Origin: a virus
DNA length: 64,000 bases
IMG/VR virus record: IMGVR_UViG_3300025892_000012
Span: 29,493-93,492 of that record
Direction: 5' to 3' (one strand)
This document shows positions 31,226-41,830 of this stretch, in pieces. Below the pieces are notes generated by a model. It searched no databases. It was given only the letters and a program-made list of their open reading frames with translations, and was not told the DNA's origin. Made by a program: the position numbers and the translations under genes. Within the stretch, counting starts at the first letter, position 1; every line of letters begins with the position of its first letter.

Positions 31226-31776
31226 TGGCAACTCTACAACTCGGAAACAAAACACTGTTTACACAATCTGGAAGTGCTGATCCGGAAATAACATCAAATG
31301 TAAATTTGACAAATGCAGATATGTCTAATGCAGATATGTCTAATGCAAATATTAAAACATCATTTAGTTCATTAGATACTTCTGCATCTCAAGGACCAAC
31401 AACAGATTTAACAAATACAACATTACCTATATTTGCTTGTAGAGCATGGGTACATTTTAACGGCATGTCATATGTTACTGTAGAAAGTGAATCTCATTGT
31501 GATATATATGCTTCTGGTAACGTAAGTAAAGTAGTAAGGGTTGGCGTTGGTTTGTATAAAATTTATTTTTTAACCCCAATGCCAGATACTAATTATTGTG
31601 TAACTGGTTCGCATGTTGCTTCAACCAATAGTTATGGTAATGTTGGTGGAATCGGAGGTTACAATGCTACGGCAGGGGGTATTGAAACAACTTATGTAGG
31701 AATAACATACCAATACCACTATAGTAGTTATGGTTTCGTTGACCAAGACCATTTACATATTGCTATTTTCAGATAA
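31225..31776 (+). CDS. Receptor-binding tip, 'RAWV.FNG...SGNVS' family
   Basis: TAATG-coupled start MATLQLGNKTLFTQSG; CRAWVHFNG..ASGNVSKV..G.Y...F..PMPDTNY. Confidence 0.75.
   Translation: MATLQLGNKTLFTQSGSADPEITSNVNLTNADMSNADMSNANIKTSFSSLDTSASQGPTTDLTNTTLPIFACRAWVHFNGMSYVTVESESHCDIYASGNVSKVVRVGVGLYKIYFLTPMPDTNYCVTGSHVASTNSYGNVGGIGGYNATAGGIETTYVGITYQYHYSSYGFVDQDHLHIAIFR
31312..31347 (+). repeat. 15-bp tandem repeat AATGCAGATATGTCT x2.4 (NADMS)
   Basis: Exact in-frame tandem duplication. Confidence 0.9.
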
Positions 31777-31786
31777 GGTATAAAAC

Positions 31787-32368
31787 ATGGCAACACTTAC
31801 GATTGGTGGAAAAACAGTAGTAACGCAGACAGGCACGGATGAGCCTATAATGACAAGTAATGTTGTGATGGATAATGTTAATGTGAACAATGCATTGGCA
31901 AGTGCTACGTTTCCTGCTGGACATATGTTAAGACATTTTTATGATGAATATAATTTTAATGGGTCTCCTGCTACAATCACAACAACCGCATCAAATTGGA
32001 GCGGTCTACAAATTGATATAATTAATCCTAATACAAGTAATTATTTATTTTTACAAATGTTTATTCCTGACGTATATTGTAGCGGTTCAAGTAATGGACT
32101 TGGAGGTGGTTTTGTTTATAGTACAAATTCTTTTAGTTCAGAATCAATTTTAGGTTCATCTGCTTGGTATTTTAATCAACATTCATGGACAAGTTCTGGT
32201 TCAAATTTAAATAATACTAGTTTGACTGTTAGAGTATTACATCCAACAAGTAGTAACTATTCAATAAGACCATATTTTCAGGCTTATAATGCAAGTTTAA
32301 GTATAGGACAAGGCAATAGTGGCAATAAGTCTATCGCAACATTATTTGCTATGGAGATACAAGGATGA
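31787..32368 (+). CDS. Receptor-binding tip, TFPAGH family
   Basis: MATLTIGGKTVVTQTG...ATFPAGH...LFAMEIQG. Confidence 0.75.
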   Translation: MATLTIGGKTVVTQTGTDEPIMTSNVVMDNVNVNNALASATFPAGHMLRHFYDEYNFNGSPATITTTASNWSGLQIDIINPNTSNYLFLQMFIPDVYCSGSSNGLGGGFVYSTNSFSSESILGSSAWYFNQHSWTSSGSNLNNTSLTVRVLHPTSSNYSIRPYFQAYNASLSIGQGNSGNKSIATLFAMEIQG

Positions 32369-32799
32369 AAACATATTTTGAAGTGGTTATAGATTTAGTA
32401 GGTATTGAAAATATTTGTAACGGACCATCCAATGGACCTGTATCTCAAATTAAATTTATAAATGGATTTGTAAACATACCCACTGAAGAAGAAATCCAAG
32501 CAAAGATAGCAGAACTTCAAGCAGCCGAACCACTACGTCTATTAAGAATAGAACGAAACCAAATTCTTCAACAATCTGATTGGGAAGTTCAACGCAATAC
32601 AGAACGCAACATTACAGATTCAAATCTAATAGACTATCGTAATGCACTCCGAGACCTTCCACAAGAAATAGCAAATGGAAACATTCCAGCACCTACACTG
32701 GATGAGAATGGAATGCTGGTGTTTGAACATTGGCCGAATCGCTATGAGATAAATATAGAAGATGAACCAACAGCAAACAATTCAGCTAATACAGTTTAA
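32365..32799 (+). CDS. Tail assembly chaperone with C-terminal extension
   Basis: AEPLRLLRIERNQILQQSDW...YRNALRDLP...FEHWP plus ~20 extra residues. Confidence 0.85.
   Translation: MKTYFEVVIDLVGIENICNGPSNGPVSQIKFINGFVNIPTEEEIQAKIAELQAAEPLRLLRIERNQILQQSDWEVQRNTERNITDSNLIDYRNALRDLPQEIANGNIPAPTLDENGMLVFEHWPNRYEINIEDEPTANNSANTV
32749..32755 (+). promoter_or_regulatory. Possible late promoter ATAAATA
   Basis: GATAAATATAG, identical to the element at 50482; ~45 bp before socket gene 32799. Confidence 0.4.
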
Positions 32800-33023
32800 T
32801 GCCGTCAAAAAGTAACGCCAAACAAAAATCAATTATAGTTGGTATTAACACAAAAACTTTTACCAATGATGTTGAAGTTGCTGAAAACTATTCTGCAATT
32901 CTCAGTGGTCCTGTAAGTGTACCAAACATCACTGTCAATGGTACTTTAAATGTGATCAACAATCTAAGTGTAGATGGTGATATTGTGATTGGTCCAAATG
33001 GTAATTTAAATCTAACAGGATGA
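32799..33023 (+). CDS. Socket connector
   Basis: YSAILSGPVSVPNITVNGTLNV...GPNGNLNLTG. Confidence 0.7.
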   Translation: MPSKSNAKQKSIIVGINTKTFTNDVEVAENYSAILSGPVSVPNITVNGTLNVINNLSVDGDIVIGPNGNLNLTG

Positions 33024-33024
33024 T

Positions 33025-33747
33025 ATGCCCAACGCAAGTTTGACAATAGATGGAACAGAAGTTATCAGCAAAGTAAATGGCTCAACTTCTATTCAAATTG
33101 ACACCGTAGAAAGTAATGATATAAAAAATGCACATGGAAATGTTGTTGGTTTTAGATCTGTTCAAATATTTGACACTGTTGGTACATCAACATGGACAAA
33201 GCCCGCTGGTGTAAATTATATAAAAGTTTATGTTACTGGCGGAGGAGGTGGCGGTGGTTCTCACAACCAAGATGATGCTCAAGGAGGTGGTGGAGCAGGG
33301 GGAACTACAATTAAATGGATTGATGTACGACAAGTAACAAGCGTATCTGTCACAGTTGGAGTTGGAGGTACACGTTCTATTGGTAATTCAGGAGGTGGTG
33401 GAGGTCCTGGAGGCACATCATCTTTTGGTTCGTATTGCTCTGCCACAGGTGGTGAAGAACCAGAAACTTGGGCAGTTGGTGGATATGGTGGTGTTGCTAC
33501 TGGAGGAGATATCAATTTGTATGGTAATGCAGGAATATGTGGCAACATAGATGGCGGTGGCAATGAAGAAAGTAGTGGAGTTGGAGGTGCTTCTTATTGG
33601 GGTGGAACAGGCAGAGGAGGTAGTGTTTGGGGTGCAAGGTCTAATCCAAATGGATGGGGATGTGGTGGTTCAGGCACCCATGTAAGCACTAATAATGAAG
33701 GTGCTGATGGATACAAAGGTGCTGTTATTGTAGAGGAATACGTATGA
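33025..33747 (+). CDS. Glycine-rich adhesin-like tip
   Basis: Plug MPNASLTIDGTEVIS; TWTKPAGVNYIKVYVTGGGGGGG...GGTSSFGSY...GAVIVEEY polyglycine domain. Confidence 0.75.
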   Translation: MPNASLTIDGTEVISKVNGSTSIQIDTVESNDIKNAHGNVVGFRSVQIFDTVGTSTWTKPAGVNYIKVYVTGGGGGGGSHNQDDAQGGGGAGGTTIKWIDVRQVTSVSVTVGVGGTRSIGNSGGGGGPGGTSSFGSYCSATGGEEPETWAVGGYGGVATGGDINLYGNAGICGNIDGGGNEESSGVGGASYWGGTGRGGSVWGARSNPNGWGCGGSGTHVSTNNEGADGYKGAVIVEEYV

Positions 33748-34079
33748 AAAAGGCGCTTATACATTTAGATAAAATTGTACAAGTTTCAGATTCCACATTT
33801 GAAGTTCATTCCAGTATGAAATGGGTAGACTGTCCAGATAATTGCACTACTAAATGGAAATATGAAAATGAACAATTCATTGAAAATGTTTATACAGATG
33901 AAGAAAAATTAAGAGATTTGAGATTAGCAAGAGGAACTAAGTTAAGAAAAACAGATTGGTGGGTTTTACCAGATAGAACTCCAACACAAGAGCAATTAAA
34001 CTATAGACAAGCTTTACGGGATATTACTAACACATATACATCACTTGATGATGTTATTTGGCCGGAGAAACCTGAATAA
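33744..34079 (+). CDS. Tail assembly chaperone
   Basis: FEVHSSMKWVDCPD N-domain; LRLARGTKLRKTDW...YRQALRDIT...WPEKPE. Confidence 0.85.
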   Translation: MKKALIHLDKIVQVSDSTFEVHSSMKWVDCPDNCTTKWKYENEQFIENVYTDEEKLRDLRLARGTKLRKTDWWVLPDRTPTQEQLNYRQALRDITNTYTSLDDVIWPEKPE

Positions 34080-36871
34080 TGCCATTCATCGGAGCACCGT
34101 CACCTAAAGAATTACAATCCATAGAAACCATTTCTGACCGTAAAACATATACGGGGGATGGCATAAAAACTATTTTTGGCGTTAGCTATGAATCCAATCA
34201 TATTAGTGTATTTCAAAACGGCTTAAAACTTATTGAAGGTATTGACTATAATATTGCATCTACTGGTCAGTATATAACATTTGTTATTGCTCCAGAAAGT
34301 GGAGATGTAATTGATTTAGTCGGTGCAAGTGGAGTTACTAATTTAGCACAATCAAGTTATTCAAGAGAAACATTTGTCTCTCTCGCAAATCAAACATCAT
34401 TCATTCTTTCAACAAATATAGATGATTCTTTTAGAACAAATGTATATGTAAATGGAATAAGATTAACAGAGACTGATTATACAATATATAATTCAAATAA
34501 TACACTTGAATTTAATTCTGCTCTTGCAGTAGATGATACTGTTGCTATAGAATTAATTAAACCTGGATTTAGAATAGTAGATGGTACTCTTGATGTTTCA
34601 AATCTAACACAAACAAGTTATGCTAGAGAAGCTTTTGAAAATATATCAAACACTTCCAATGTAATATTATCTTCAAATATTGATGCTAGTACAAGATTAA
34701 ATGTCTTTTTTAATGGTGCTAGATTACATGATACATCATTTACCATTGATGTTGCAAATAATAAAGTAACTTTCAATCAAAGTATATCAGCTAATGATGT
34801 AATAGAATTTGATATATTCAGTCCTGGTTTCAGAACGATTGATAGTGTATCAACAGGAATATCTAATTTTTCTCAATCTAGTTATAATGAAGAAGTGTTT
34901 CAAGCAATTGAAAACCAAACGGTCATAACACTTGATACAGACATTAATAGTTCTTATTTTATTAATGTATATAATAATGGTATTCGTTTAAATTTAGAAG
35001 ATTATACATTTAATTATTCTGCAAATACTATTACATTTACAGAAGCATTATTTGCTAATGATGTTATTACAGTGGACACATTTAGACCTGGATTTAGAAT
35101 ACAAGGTGTACGCACATTTCTTTCTGACTTAGTTGATGTAAATTCTACTGCTACTGCAAATCAAGTTCTGACTGCAGATGGAACTGGTAATTTCTATTTT
35201 GCTAATACAGCAGGCGGAAGCGGAAGTGTTTCACTAGCTTCATTCACGGCTAATGGTACAATCACAACAGGAGATACAGTAGCATTACGAATAGATAATG
35301 GAGAAATTGAAAAGATTGCACATCCCATAATAGCACAATATACAGAAGTTTCACAAACATTAAGTGAAGCAACTACAACTGGTACTACATTTTTTGATGT
35401 AGATTATGATGAAAACACAAGTTCTGCCATTGTTGCTCAAAGAAGTTCAGTTTCTCCTTTTAATGGATTAGTAAGTATAGGAACAGTGACTGAAACCTCA
35501 AATACGACCACAAACGGAGAAACCACAAGAGAAGTTGGTTTTAATTGGGGTACACCTGTAGCATGGAACTCAGACAATATTTCTAACACAGTTGTTGCAA
35601 TTGATACTGACCAAAATAAAGTAGTTATAACTTATATTAATAATAGTGATGCAATCAACATATATGCAGTAGTTGGAGATATAAGTGGAAATAGCATCAC
35701 ATTTGGAACTCCTCTTGAACTTTATACAACAAGGTCAAGATTTAATTCAATAGTATATGATACTAATTCAAATAAAATGGTGATATACTTTCAAGATTAT
35801 AATTCCTTTTATATGTACTATGCAGTATGTACGGTTTCTGGTACAAATATAACACTTGATTCACCAGTGACATTTATAGTAACTACGGCATCTAATGCAT
35901 ATTCAACTGCTCTATACATACCCGAATTAAATAAGCATGTTTTACTCTATCATGATACTTCTAATTATGTAACGATAATGATTGGTGAACTTGCTAATGG
36001 AACTATAACATGGGGGTCGGCAGTAACTGTACAATCTGCAGCCGGAATCACACCTATTTGCCGATATGATAGTGTAAATGAAAAACTACTTCTTTATATT
36101 GGTCAGAATACTGCAGACAGTAACTACCAGTCAGTATTTATTGGTACAATTACCAATAATTCTGTAACTTTTGGTTCTGCTATAAGAGTTAGTACTGCTA
36201 ATCCGTTTTCTGGCGTTGCTAATATTTTTGTTCATCATAAAGCCAGCAATAAATTTATAATTGGTGGTGCTGATGGAAATAATAGTTCTTATCCATATTA
36301 TAACGTAGTTCAAATAGATGATTCTGCTCCTAATGGATTATCAATTTCAGGTGTTACTGATATAGTTTCTACAGGTTCAACTTATTTTGGATTAGGTGGT
36401 GGTGTGTATGCGAGTAATTTTGAAAAAATATTTGTAGGTATACGTTTAGATAATACTACCAGACCTAATGTTTGGACATATAATCCAGAATATACATCAT
36501 ATGATCTAACAACAACAAATGCGACTAATTATATAGGTATAGCCAAAGATTCTGTAAACAATGGTCAAGTATCTGAAGTATTTTTAGTAGGTGATATTGC
36601 GGACAATCAAACTGGACTTACCGTAAATCAAAATTACTATTTAACTGGAAGTGGTTTGTTAACTACATCATCTACTTCTTATGGTTTAATTGGCAGAGCA
36701 GTATCAGATACATCTATACAACTATTACAAACTACATCAAAATCACTAACAGACCTAAATATAACAGATGGTACTTCTGGTCAAGTTCTCAAAACATATG
36801 GCAATAATGCATTCTATTTTGCTGATGAAGAAAACCTTAATGCAATACTTTATTCAATTGCTCTCGGATAA
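34079..36871 (+). CDS. Multidomain fibre: four ~85-aa repeats, propeller-like domain, IALG end
   Basis: MPFIG start; V(Y/F).NG.(R/K)L...Y...F...D.I...PGFR x4; ISGNSITFGTP-type blades; ends YSIALG. Confidence 0.75.
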   Translation: MPFIGAPSPKELQSIETISDRKTYTGDGIKTIFGVSYESNHISVFQNGLKLIEGIDYNIASTGQYITFVIAPESGDVIDLVGASGVTNLAQSSYSRETFVSLANQTSFILSTNIDDSFRTNVYVNGIRLTETDYTIYNSNNTLEFNSALAVDDTVAIELIKPGFRIVDGTLDVSNLTQTSYAREAFENISNTSNVILSSNIDASTRLNVFFNGARLHDTSFTIDVANNKVTFNQSISANDVIEFDIFSPGFRTIDSVSTGISNFSQSSYNEEVFQAIENQTVITLDTDINSSYFINVYNNGIRLNLEDYTFNYSANTITFTEALFANDVITVDTFRPGFRIQGVRTFLSDLVDVNSTATANQVLTADGTGNFYFANTAGGSGSVSLASFTANGTITTGDTVALRIDNGEIEKIAHPIIAQYTEVSQTLSEATTTGTTFFDVDYDENTSSAIVAQRSSVSPFNGLVSIGTVTETSNTTTNGETTREVGFNWGTPVAWNSDNISNTVVAIDTDQNKVVITYINNSDAINIYAVVGDISGNSITFGTPLELYTTRSRFNSIVYDTNSNKMVIYFQDYNSFYMYYAVCTVSGTNITLDSPVTFIVTTASNAYSTALYIPELNKHVLLYHDTSNYVTIMIGELANGTITWGSAVTVQSAAGITPICRYDSVNEKLLLYIGQNTADSNYQSVFIGTITNNSVTFGSAIRVSTANPFSGVANIFVHHKASNKFIIGGADGNNSSYPYYNVVQIDDSAPNGLSISGVTDIVSTGSTYFGLGGGVYASNFEKIFVGIRLDNTTRPNVWTYNPEYTSYDLTTTNATNYIGIAKDSVNNGQVSEVFLVGDIADNQTGLTVNQNYYLTGSGLLTTSSTSYGLIGRAVSDTSIQLLQTTSKSLTDLNITDGTSGQVLKTYGNNAFYFADEENLNAILYSIALG

Positions 36872-36879
36872 TTTAAGAC

Positions 36880-37179
36880 ATGGCTACATTTAAAAGAAAA
36901 GCTGCAACTGCAAATACTGCTGGCGTGATCGTTCATACAACACCCGCCGGTATTACTGCATTAATCATTGGTTTAGTTCTAGCAAACAAAGGTAGTAGTT
37001 CTGAAACTGCAGATGTAGATATTGACGGAACATATGTTGTGAAGAATGCACCGATTCCAGTTGGAAGTACACTTTCAGTACTTGATGGTAAAATGGTTGT
37101 TCAGCAAAATGAAATTATCACAGTCACTGCATCGGCTAACAATGTCATAGATGCCACAATCAGCATACTAGAATTATGA
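36880..37179 (+). CDS. ~100-aa adaptor family protein (copy 3)
   Basis: HTTPAGITALIIGLVLANK...APIPVGSTLSVLDGKMVV...ISILEL. Confidence 0.75.
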   Translation: MATFKRKAATANTAGVIVHTTPAGITALIIGLVLANKGSSSETADVDIDGTYVVKNAPIPVGSTLSVLDGKMVVQQNEIITVTASANNVIDATISILEL

Positions 37180-37454
37180 GTGGTTACTTAGGTTCAAAAA
37201 GAGCGGTCAACTTTGCTACAGTACAGTTGCCGATAAAATCAAAAGACATGGAAATCATCACAGAGCATGGTGCAATTGCTCAAAGAAATTCAATACCCGA
37301 AGCAGTAACTATAGATGAGGGTACAAATGTAGCTTTTTATGGTGATGTAACATTTGATTCTTTAGTCACAGTCAATGGAAATTTAATTGTGATTGGTGGA
37401 GACATTGACTTCAAAGGTGGTGCGGACATCGTAGGAAAATTAATCTATCGTTAA
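37176..37454 (+). CDS. Socket connector with YLG N-terminus
   Basis: MSGYLGS...TNVAFYGDVTFDSLVTVNGNLIVI...IVGKLIYR. Confidence 0.65.
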   Translation: MSGYLGSKRAVNFATVQLPIKSKDMEIITEHGAIAQRNSIPEAVTIDEGTNVAFYGDVTFDSLVTVNGNLIVIGGDIDFKGGADIVGKLIYR

Positions 37455-37456
37455 CT

Positions 37457-38110
37457 ATGCCTGACATAAACATAAACGGTTATCCATTTATATCTCAATC
37501 TGGAACGAATGTACCTGAAATTGACAATGTTAAAATAGGTGCAAGTGTTGATACTGTTTCCAATACAGGTGCAGGATATAAACCAGCAGAAGTTTGGCTT
37601 TCTACAACTGAAATTTCAGCACAAGATACTGTCATAAATCTACCATCTGGTTATAAAAAGTATCATGTTATTGGACATAATGTATTTTGGGGTGGAACGG
37701 CCTCAACTGGTGATATTAGAATGTACATGCGTTATAACAACAATACACAAGATGATACTGGTTTACAAATGAGTGAATGGTATAAAAGATTAGATGCTGC
37801 GGGATATGGGCAAGAAGTATGGGATGGTTTTGTTGTTATTTCAAATAATATGGGAACAGACCCAACAGAAAATTCTTTTTTTGATATTTGGTTAAATGGT
37901 TGTAATGAGGCCAATAAAACCAGGGGATATACAGGATATGGTATGTCCACTTATGGTCATACCTCAGACCAACATGCATACCATTATACTATTGGTTTTA
38001 GATCACAATTAACAGATGCTATAGATGGTTTTAGAATATATTTTCATCCCGATGATAATGCTATTACTTCTTATGGTGGCACAATAGTTGTAACAGGATA
38101 TACTTTTTAG
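37457..38110 (+). CDS. Receptor-binding tip (distinct fold)
   Basis: Plug MPDININGYPFISQSG; LPSGYKKY...IDGFRIYF...GGTIVVTGY. Confidence 0.7.
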   Translation: MPDININGYPFISQSGTNVPEIDNVKIGASVDTVSNTGAGYKPAEVWLSTTEISAQDTVINLPSGYKKYHVIGHNVFWGGTASTGDIRMYMRYNNNTQDDTGLQMSEWYKRLDAAGYGQEVWDGFVVISNNMGTDPTENSFFDIWLNGCNEANKTRGYTGYGMSTYGHTSDQHAYHYTIGFRSQLTDAIDGFRIYFHPDDNAITSYGGTIVVTGYTF

Positions 38111-38123
38111 GATTTAACATAAC

Positions 38124-38726
38124 ATGCCTGAACTTAAAATAAACGGTTACACATTTGCAACTCAAGCTGACGGCAACAATCCTGTGCTGGCGAGTAATGT
38201 TGATTTAGGTAGTGCTACGTTTCCTGCTGGGCATGTTCTACAGGTAAAAGGTGTAATTAGGAATACAGAATGGCAAGGACCAGATACAGTAAATGATAAT
38301 CATACGCTTTTTACAACTGACACTTTCACAACTACTGCACATACCAATACTGCATTTAAAGTAGAAATTACTCCAGCATCAAATGCTTCTAAATTTCTTG
38401 TTCAATATGCAATTAATATTGGTAACACAAGTACCGGCATAAGTTTAAAATTGCATCGTGGTAATGCTACATCACCAATTTATGGTTCTAGTGGTAGTAG
38501 AACACCACAGAATTCTGGCAAAGAATGGACAGGAGATAATAATCAATCGTCTCAAACTTACTATTCTATACTAGATGAACCTGCAACTGATAGCACATTA
38601 ACCTATTATCTTACTTATGTTTATTTTGGGGTTAAGCCTTGGTTTAACACAAATGTAAGCAGAAATGGTGCGGCGTATGATGATGCGTATACATCCACTC
38701 TTATTGTTATGGAGATATCAGGATGA
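38124..38726 (+). CDS. Receptor-binding tip, TFPAGH family
   Basis: MPELKINGYTFATQ...SATFPAGHVLQV...ITPASNASKFLV...LIVMEISG. Confidence 0.75.
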   Translation: MPELKINGYTFATQADGNNPVLASNVDLGSATFPAGHVLQVKGVIRNTEWQGPDTVNDNHTLFTTDTFTTTAHTNTAFKVEITPASNASKFLVQYAINIGNTSTGISLKLHRGNATSPIYGSSGSRTPQNSGKEWTGDNNQSSQTYYSILDEPATDSTLTYYLTYVYFGVKPWFNTNVSRNGAAYDDAYTSTLIVMEISG

Positions 38727-39100
38727 CCGACTTTAGGAATCAAGCAATCTATGCATTATCTCCGGATGGAGATTGGATGTGGGACGATGGTAATCTCATT
38801 TGGTGTAGCCCAAATGTTGCTCAACCAACACAAGCAGAAATAGATGCTAAATTAGCAGAACTAGAAGCAGCCGAACCACTACGCCTATTAAGAATAGAAC
38901 GCAACCGATTACTACAAGAAACAGATTGGGAAATTACTAGAGGATTAGAAGAAGGATTAAATATAGATAGTTTAAAAACATATAGAACAGCACTTAGAAA
39001 CTTACCACAACAAATAGAAGCTGGAGAAATAACAGCACCTACTTTGAATGACAATGGTATGTTAGTGTTTGAACATTGGCCGGAAAGAACAGATGCCTGA
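38723..39100 (+). CDS. Tail assembly chaperone
   Basis: AEPLRLLRIERNRLLQETDW...YRTALRNLP...FEHWP. Confidence 0.85.
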   Translation: MTDFRNQAIYALSPDGDWMWDDGNLIWCSPNVAQPTQAEIDAKLAELEAAEPLRLLRIERNRLLQETDWEITRGLEEGLNIDSLKTYRTALRNLPQQIEAGEITAPTLNDNGMLVFEHWPERTDA

Positions 39101-39695
39101 AATAAGAATTAATAATAAAGTATTAGTAACACAAACTGGAGCGGCTGAGCCTGTATTGGCGAGTAATGTTAATTTAGGTAGTGCTACGTTTCCTGCTGGG
39201 CATATTATTCAGACAGTACAACATGTATTTACTGGAACTGCATCTATTAGTTCAGTATCTACTGATAGTTTTGCATCATTTAATATTCCGTTTAGTAAAG
39301 GAATTACTCCATTTCTAAGTTCATCAAAAATTTTGGTGAGCGTTAATATAAGTTTAGGACATGATGCAGGTTCAATTCATACTGCAATATACAGAGATGG
39401 AACTAAACTCACAGGAGCAGCAGGTGACGTAGCAGGAAATAGGTTTGGTAGTACCACTCTTTCTAGATATGCAAATCCTGCATATGGTTTTGGTTGTAAT
39501 TCAATGAGTTTTAATTATTTAGATTCACCAACAATACCTACCACACCTATAGAAATTGTTTATGAAATAAAAGCAACTCTTGGTGCAAGTTATAATGATG
39601 GTATATATTTGAATCATAGTGCGAGTGACAGTACTAATATGGATTACACACCAAGAACAGCATCTTTTATGACATTATTTGAGATAGCACAATGA
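39093..39695 (+). CDS. Receptor-binding tip, TFPAGH family
   Basis: Start ATG 39093: MPEIRINNKVLVTQTG...SATFPAGHIIQ...MTLFEIAQ. Confidence 0.75.
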   Translation: MPEIRINNKVLVTQTGAAEPVLASNVNLGSATFPAGHIIQTVQHVFTGTASISSVSTDSFASFNIPFSKGITPFLSSSKILVSVNISLGHDAGSIHTAIYRDGTKLTGAAGDVAGNRFGSTTLSRYANPAYGFGCNSMSFNYLDSPTIPTTPIEIVYEIKATLGASYNDGIYLNHSASDSTNMDYTPRTASFMTLFEIAQ

Positions 39696-40054
39696 ATTAT
39701 CTAGCAAAAGCATTGGGGGAATTAAGACCACAAGAAGGCATGATTTATAATTCAGAATTACCACCAATTGCAAGTAAAATAATTTATGATTCTGAATCAA
39801 CTGTTAAAATTACACAAGAAGAATTAGATAACAAAATACAAGAAATTAAAGATAGGCAACCACTACGCCTGCTAAGAATAGAACGTGATCGATTGCTACA
39901 AGAAACAGATTGGCGTTTTCGTTCAGACCTAACACCATCTCAAGCATGGATTGACTATTGCCAAGCATTGAGAGATTTACCTGCAAACAGTGAACCACAA
40001 TTGAATGAGAATGGAGAATTGACAAACGTAACATGGCCGGAGAAACCTGAATGA
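39692..40054 (+). CDS. Tail assembly chaperone
   Basis: QPLRLLRIERDRLLQETDW...YCQALRDLP...WPEKPE. Confidence 0.85.
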   Translation: MNYLAKALGELRPQEGMIYNSELPPIASKIIYDSESTVKITQEELDNKIQEIKDRQPLRLLRIERDRLLQETDWRFRSDLTPSQAWIDYCQALRDLPANSEPQLNENGELTNVTWPEKPE

Positions 40055-40806
40055 GCGGAACGATTACATTGGGTGGGAAGACATTAGCAAGTCATAGTAA
40101 TGATACGGATAAATTAAGTCTAAGCGGAGATGTAGGAATACCTAGCGGTACTACATCAAACAGACCAGTATCTCCTTCCATTGGAACAAGTTATTACAAT
40201 ACAGAATTAAATGCTGTAGAGATGTATGTTGGACAATCACAATGGTTAACAGTTCAATACAGATATAAATGGATGTATCCTAGAGATAGTAATATTAATA
40301 ATGGAATAATATCACCTGATGGTCAGAAGTGGTGGGGGAATGGTCAAGTTGCAAGTTCATATGGAGGTGTGATTTTGAATAGAGTATTTCCTGGAGATTT
40401 TACAGTAGTTGCATCTTGGCAACAAGATTTTCGTGGTGCGGGTATGGTATATAGAGATAGTGCTAGTTTAGACGATTTCACTGGTGATGGAGGCAATGGA
40501 CCTTATTGGGGAGCAATAGGACAATCTGGATTTAGTCCTGCTTCTCCTGCATATAGTATATTATCTCAATATTATGCTCCTATAACAGGAGACACCAGTA
40601 ATACATTCTATTATTTTAAATGGCAAAGAAGTGGAAACACATTAACCTTACAGTATAGTGCGACATCAGCAACTGGTCCTTGGACAAATTTTAATACTAA
40701 TTATACGGCTACTTGTGCAACAAGTAATGAAGTAATTATAGGTGCAGGTGAAGCAAACGTCGGAGAAGTAAAACCATTAACACTAATAAGTGTAACAGAA
40801 GGATAG
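40051..40806 (+). CDS. Receptor-binding tip (lectin-like, distinct fold)
   Basis: Plug MSGTITLGGKTLASH; PSGTTSNRP..YYNTEL spacer; aromatic-rich beta domain. Confidence 0.65.
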   Translation: MSGTITLGGKTLASHSNDTDKLSLSGDVGIPSGTTSNRPVSPSIGTSYYNTELNAVEMYVGQSQWLTVQYRYKWMYPRDSNINNGIISPDGQKWWGNGQVASSYGGVILNRVFPGDFTVVASWQQDFRGAGMVYRDSASLDDFTGDGGNGPYWGAIGQSGFSPASPAYSILSQYYAPITGDTSNTFYYFKWQRSGNTLTLQYSATSATGPWTNFNTNYTATCATSNEVIIGAGEANVGEVKPLTLISVTEG

Positions 40807-40810
40807 ATTA

Positions 40811-41830
40811 ATGCCAGGAACTCTTAAAGTTGGTGGAAACATAATAGCAAGTCACACAGGTGTAGAAGGTGCGGGAACTGTTACGCTAGGGAATGTTGTG
40901 CTGGGTGATTCAGCGGTTCCTACAAATAATTACACGTTCCGCAACAAGATTATCAACGGTGGAATGCAGATTGACCAAAGAAATGCTGGCGCAAGCGTAG
41001 GTCCATTTGCATCCGCGAGTGCAGGATACAAAGGTGTAGATAGATGGTTTATAGCTAGCGATCCTATGACTTCACAACAGATAACAGGAAATACACCTAC
41101 AGGATTTTCCCATTATTTAAAACTTACTAAAGGATCAGGAAGTAATATTGATATTCGTCAAACTGTAGAATTGCCTGCTGCAGGTCAAGCAGGACAATTT
41201 GGTGTTGGTTCTGTTTGGACTTTAAGTTTTTATGCTAAGTCAGTAGCTGGTGGTGAAACTTTAAATTTTAGTAGTTATTTTCGTCTTGGAGTTGCAACAG
41301 GCACTTTTACTGCTGTTTCAGCACCTACACCAAGTAGTATTACATTAACAACAAATTGGACAAGATACTCAGTACTTTTTACAATTGATGTATCTCCAGG
41401 TGCAAGTGATTTATGTATAGCATTCGGATTAAACACTACAGCAACAGAGTTGCATTTAACTGGAGTCCAGCTTGAAGAAGGACCTGTTGCCACTCCATTT
41501 GAGCATCGTTCGATTGGGGTGGAGCTAAAGTTGTGTAAAAGATATTATGCAACTGGAAGAGTTTCTGGATTGCTTGCTTATGCTGGTGGCAGACAATCTG
41601 CTTTTACAGATGTTAATTTTGAAGTTGAAATGAGAGCAGTCCCAACTGCTTATGTCACACATGATGGAACAACAGGAACAATTAGAGACAATAATAGTGC
41701 AGTCACATATAGTGGCTGGACAACAATAGGGGGTACAAATAAATATGTCGCAGTTAGAAATGGCAATGCTAGTGTGGGCGCCCCAAGTCACCATTTTAGT
41801 ACAACTTATTTTGCAGATGCGGAATTATGA
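40811..41830 (+). CDS. Fibre, FRNKIING...QLEEG...LC.RYY family (carbohydrate-binding-module-like middle domain)
   Basis: Plug MPGTLKVGG; FRNKIINGGMQIDQRNAG; TLSFYAK; GVQLEEGPVATPFEHR; ends ADAEL. Confidence 0.75.
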   Translation: MPGTLKVGGNIIASHTGVEGAGTVTLGNVVLGDSAVPTNNYTFRNKIINGGMQIDQRNAGASVGPFASASAGYKGVDRWFIASDPMTSQQITGNTPTGFSHYLKLTKGSGSNIDIRQTVELPAAGQAGQFGVGSVWTLSFYAKSVAGGETLNFSSYFRLGVATGTFTAVSAPTPSSITLTTNWTRYSVLFTIDVSPGASDLCIAFGLNTTATELHLTGVQLEEGPVATPFEHRSIGVELKLCKRYYATGRVSGLLAYAGGRQSAFTDVNFEVEMRAVPTAYVTHDGTTGTIRDNNSAVTYSGWTTIGGTNKYVAVRNGNASVGAPSHHFSTTYFADAEL

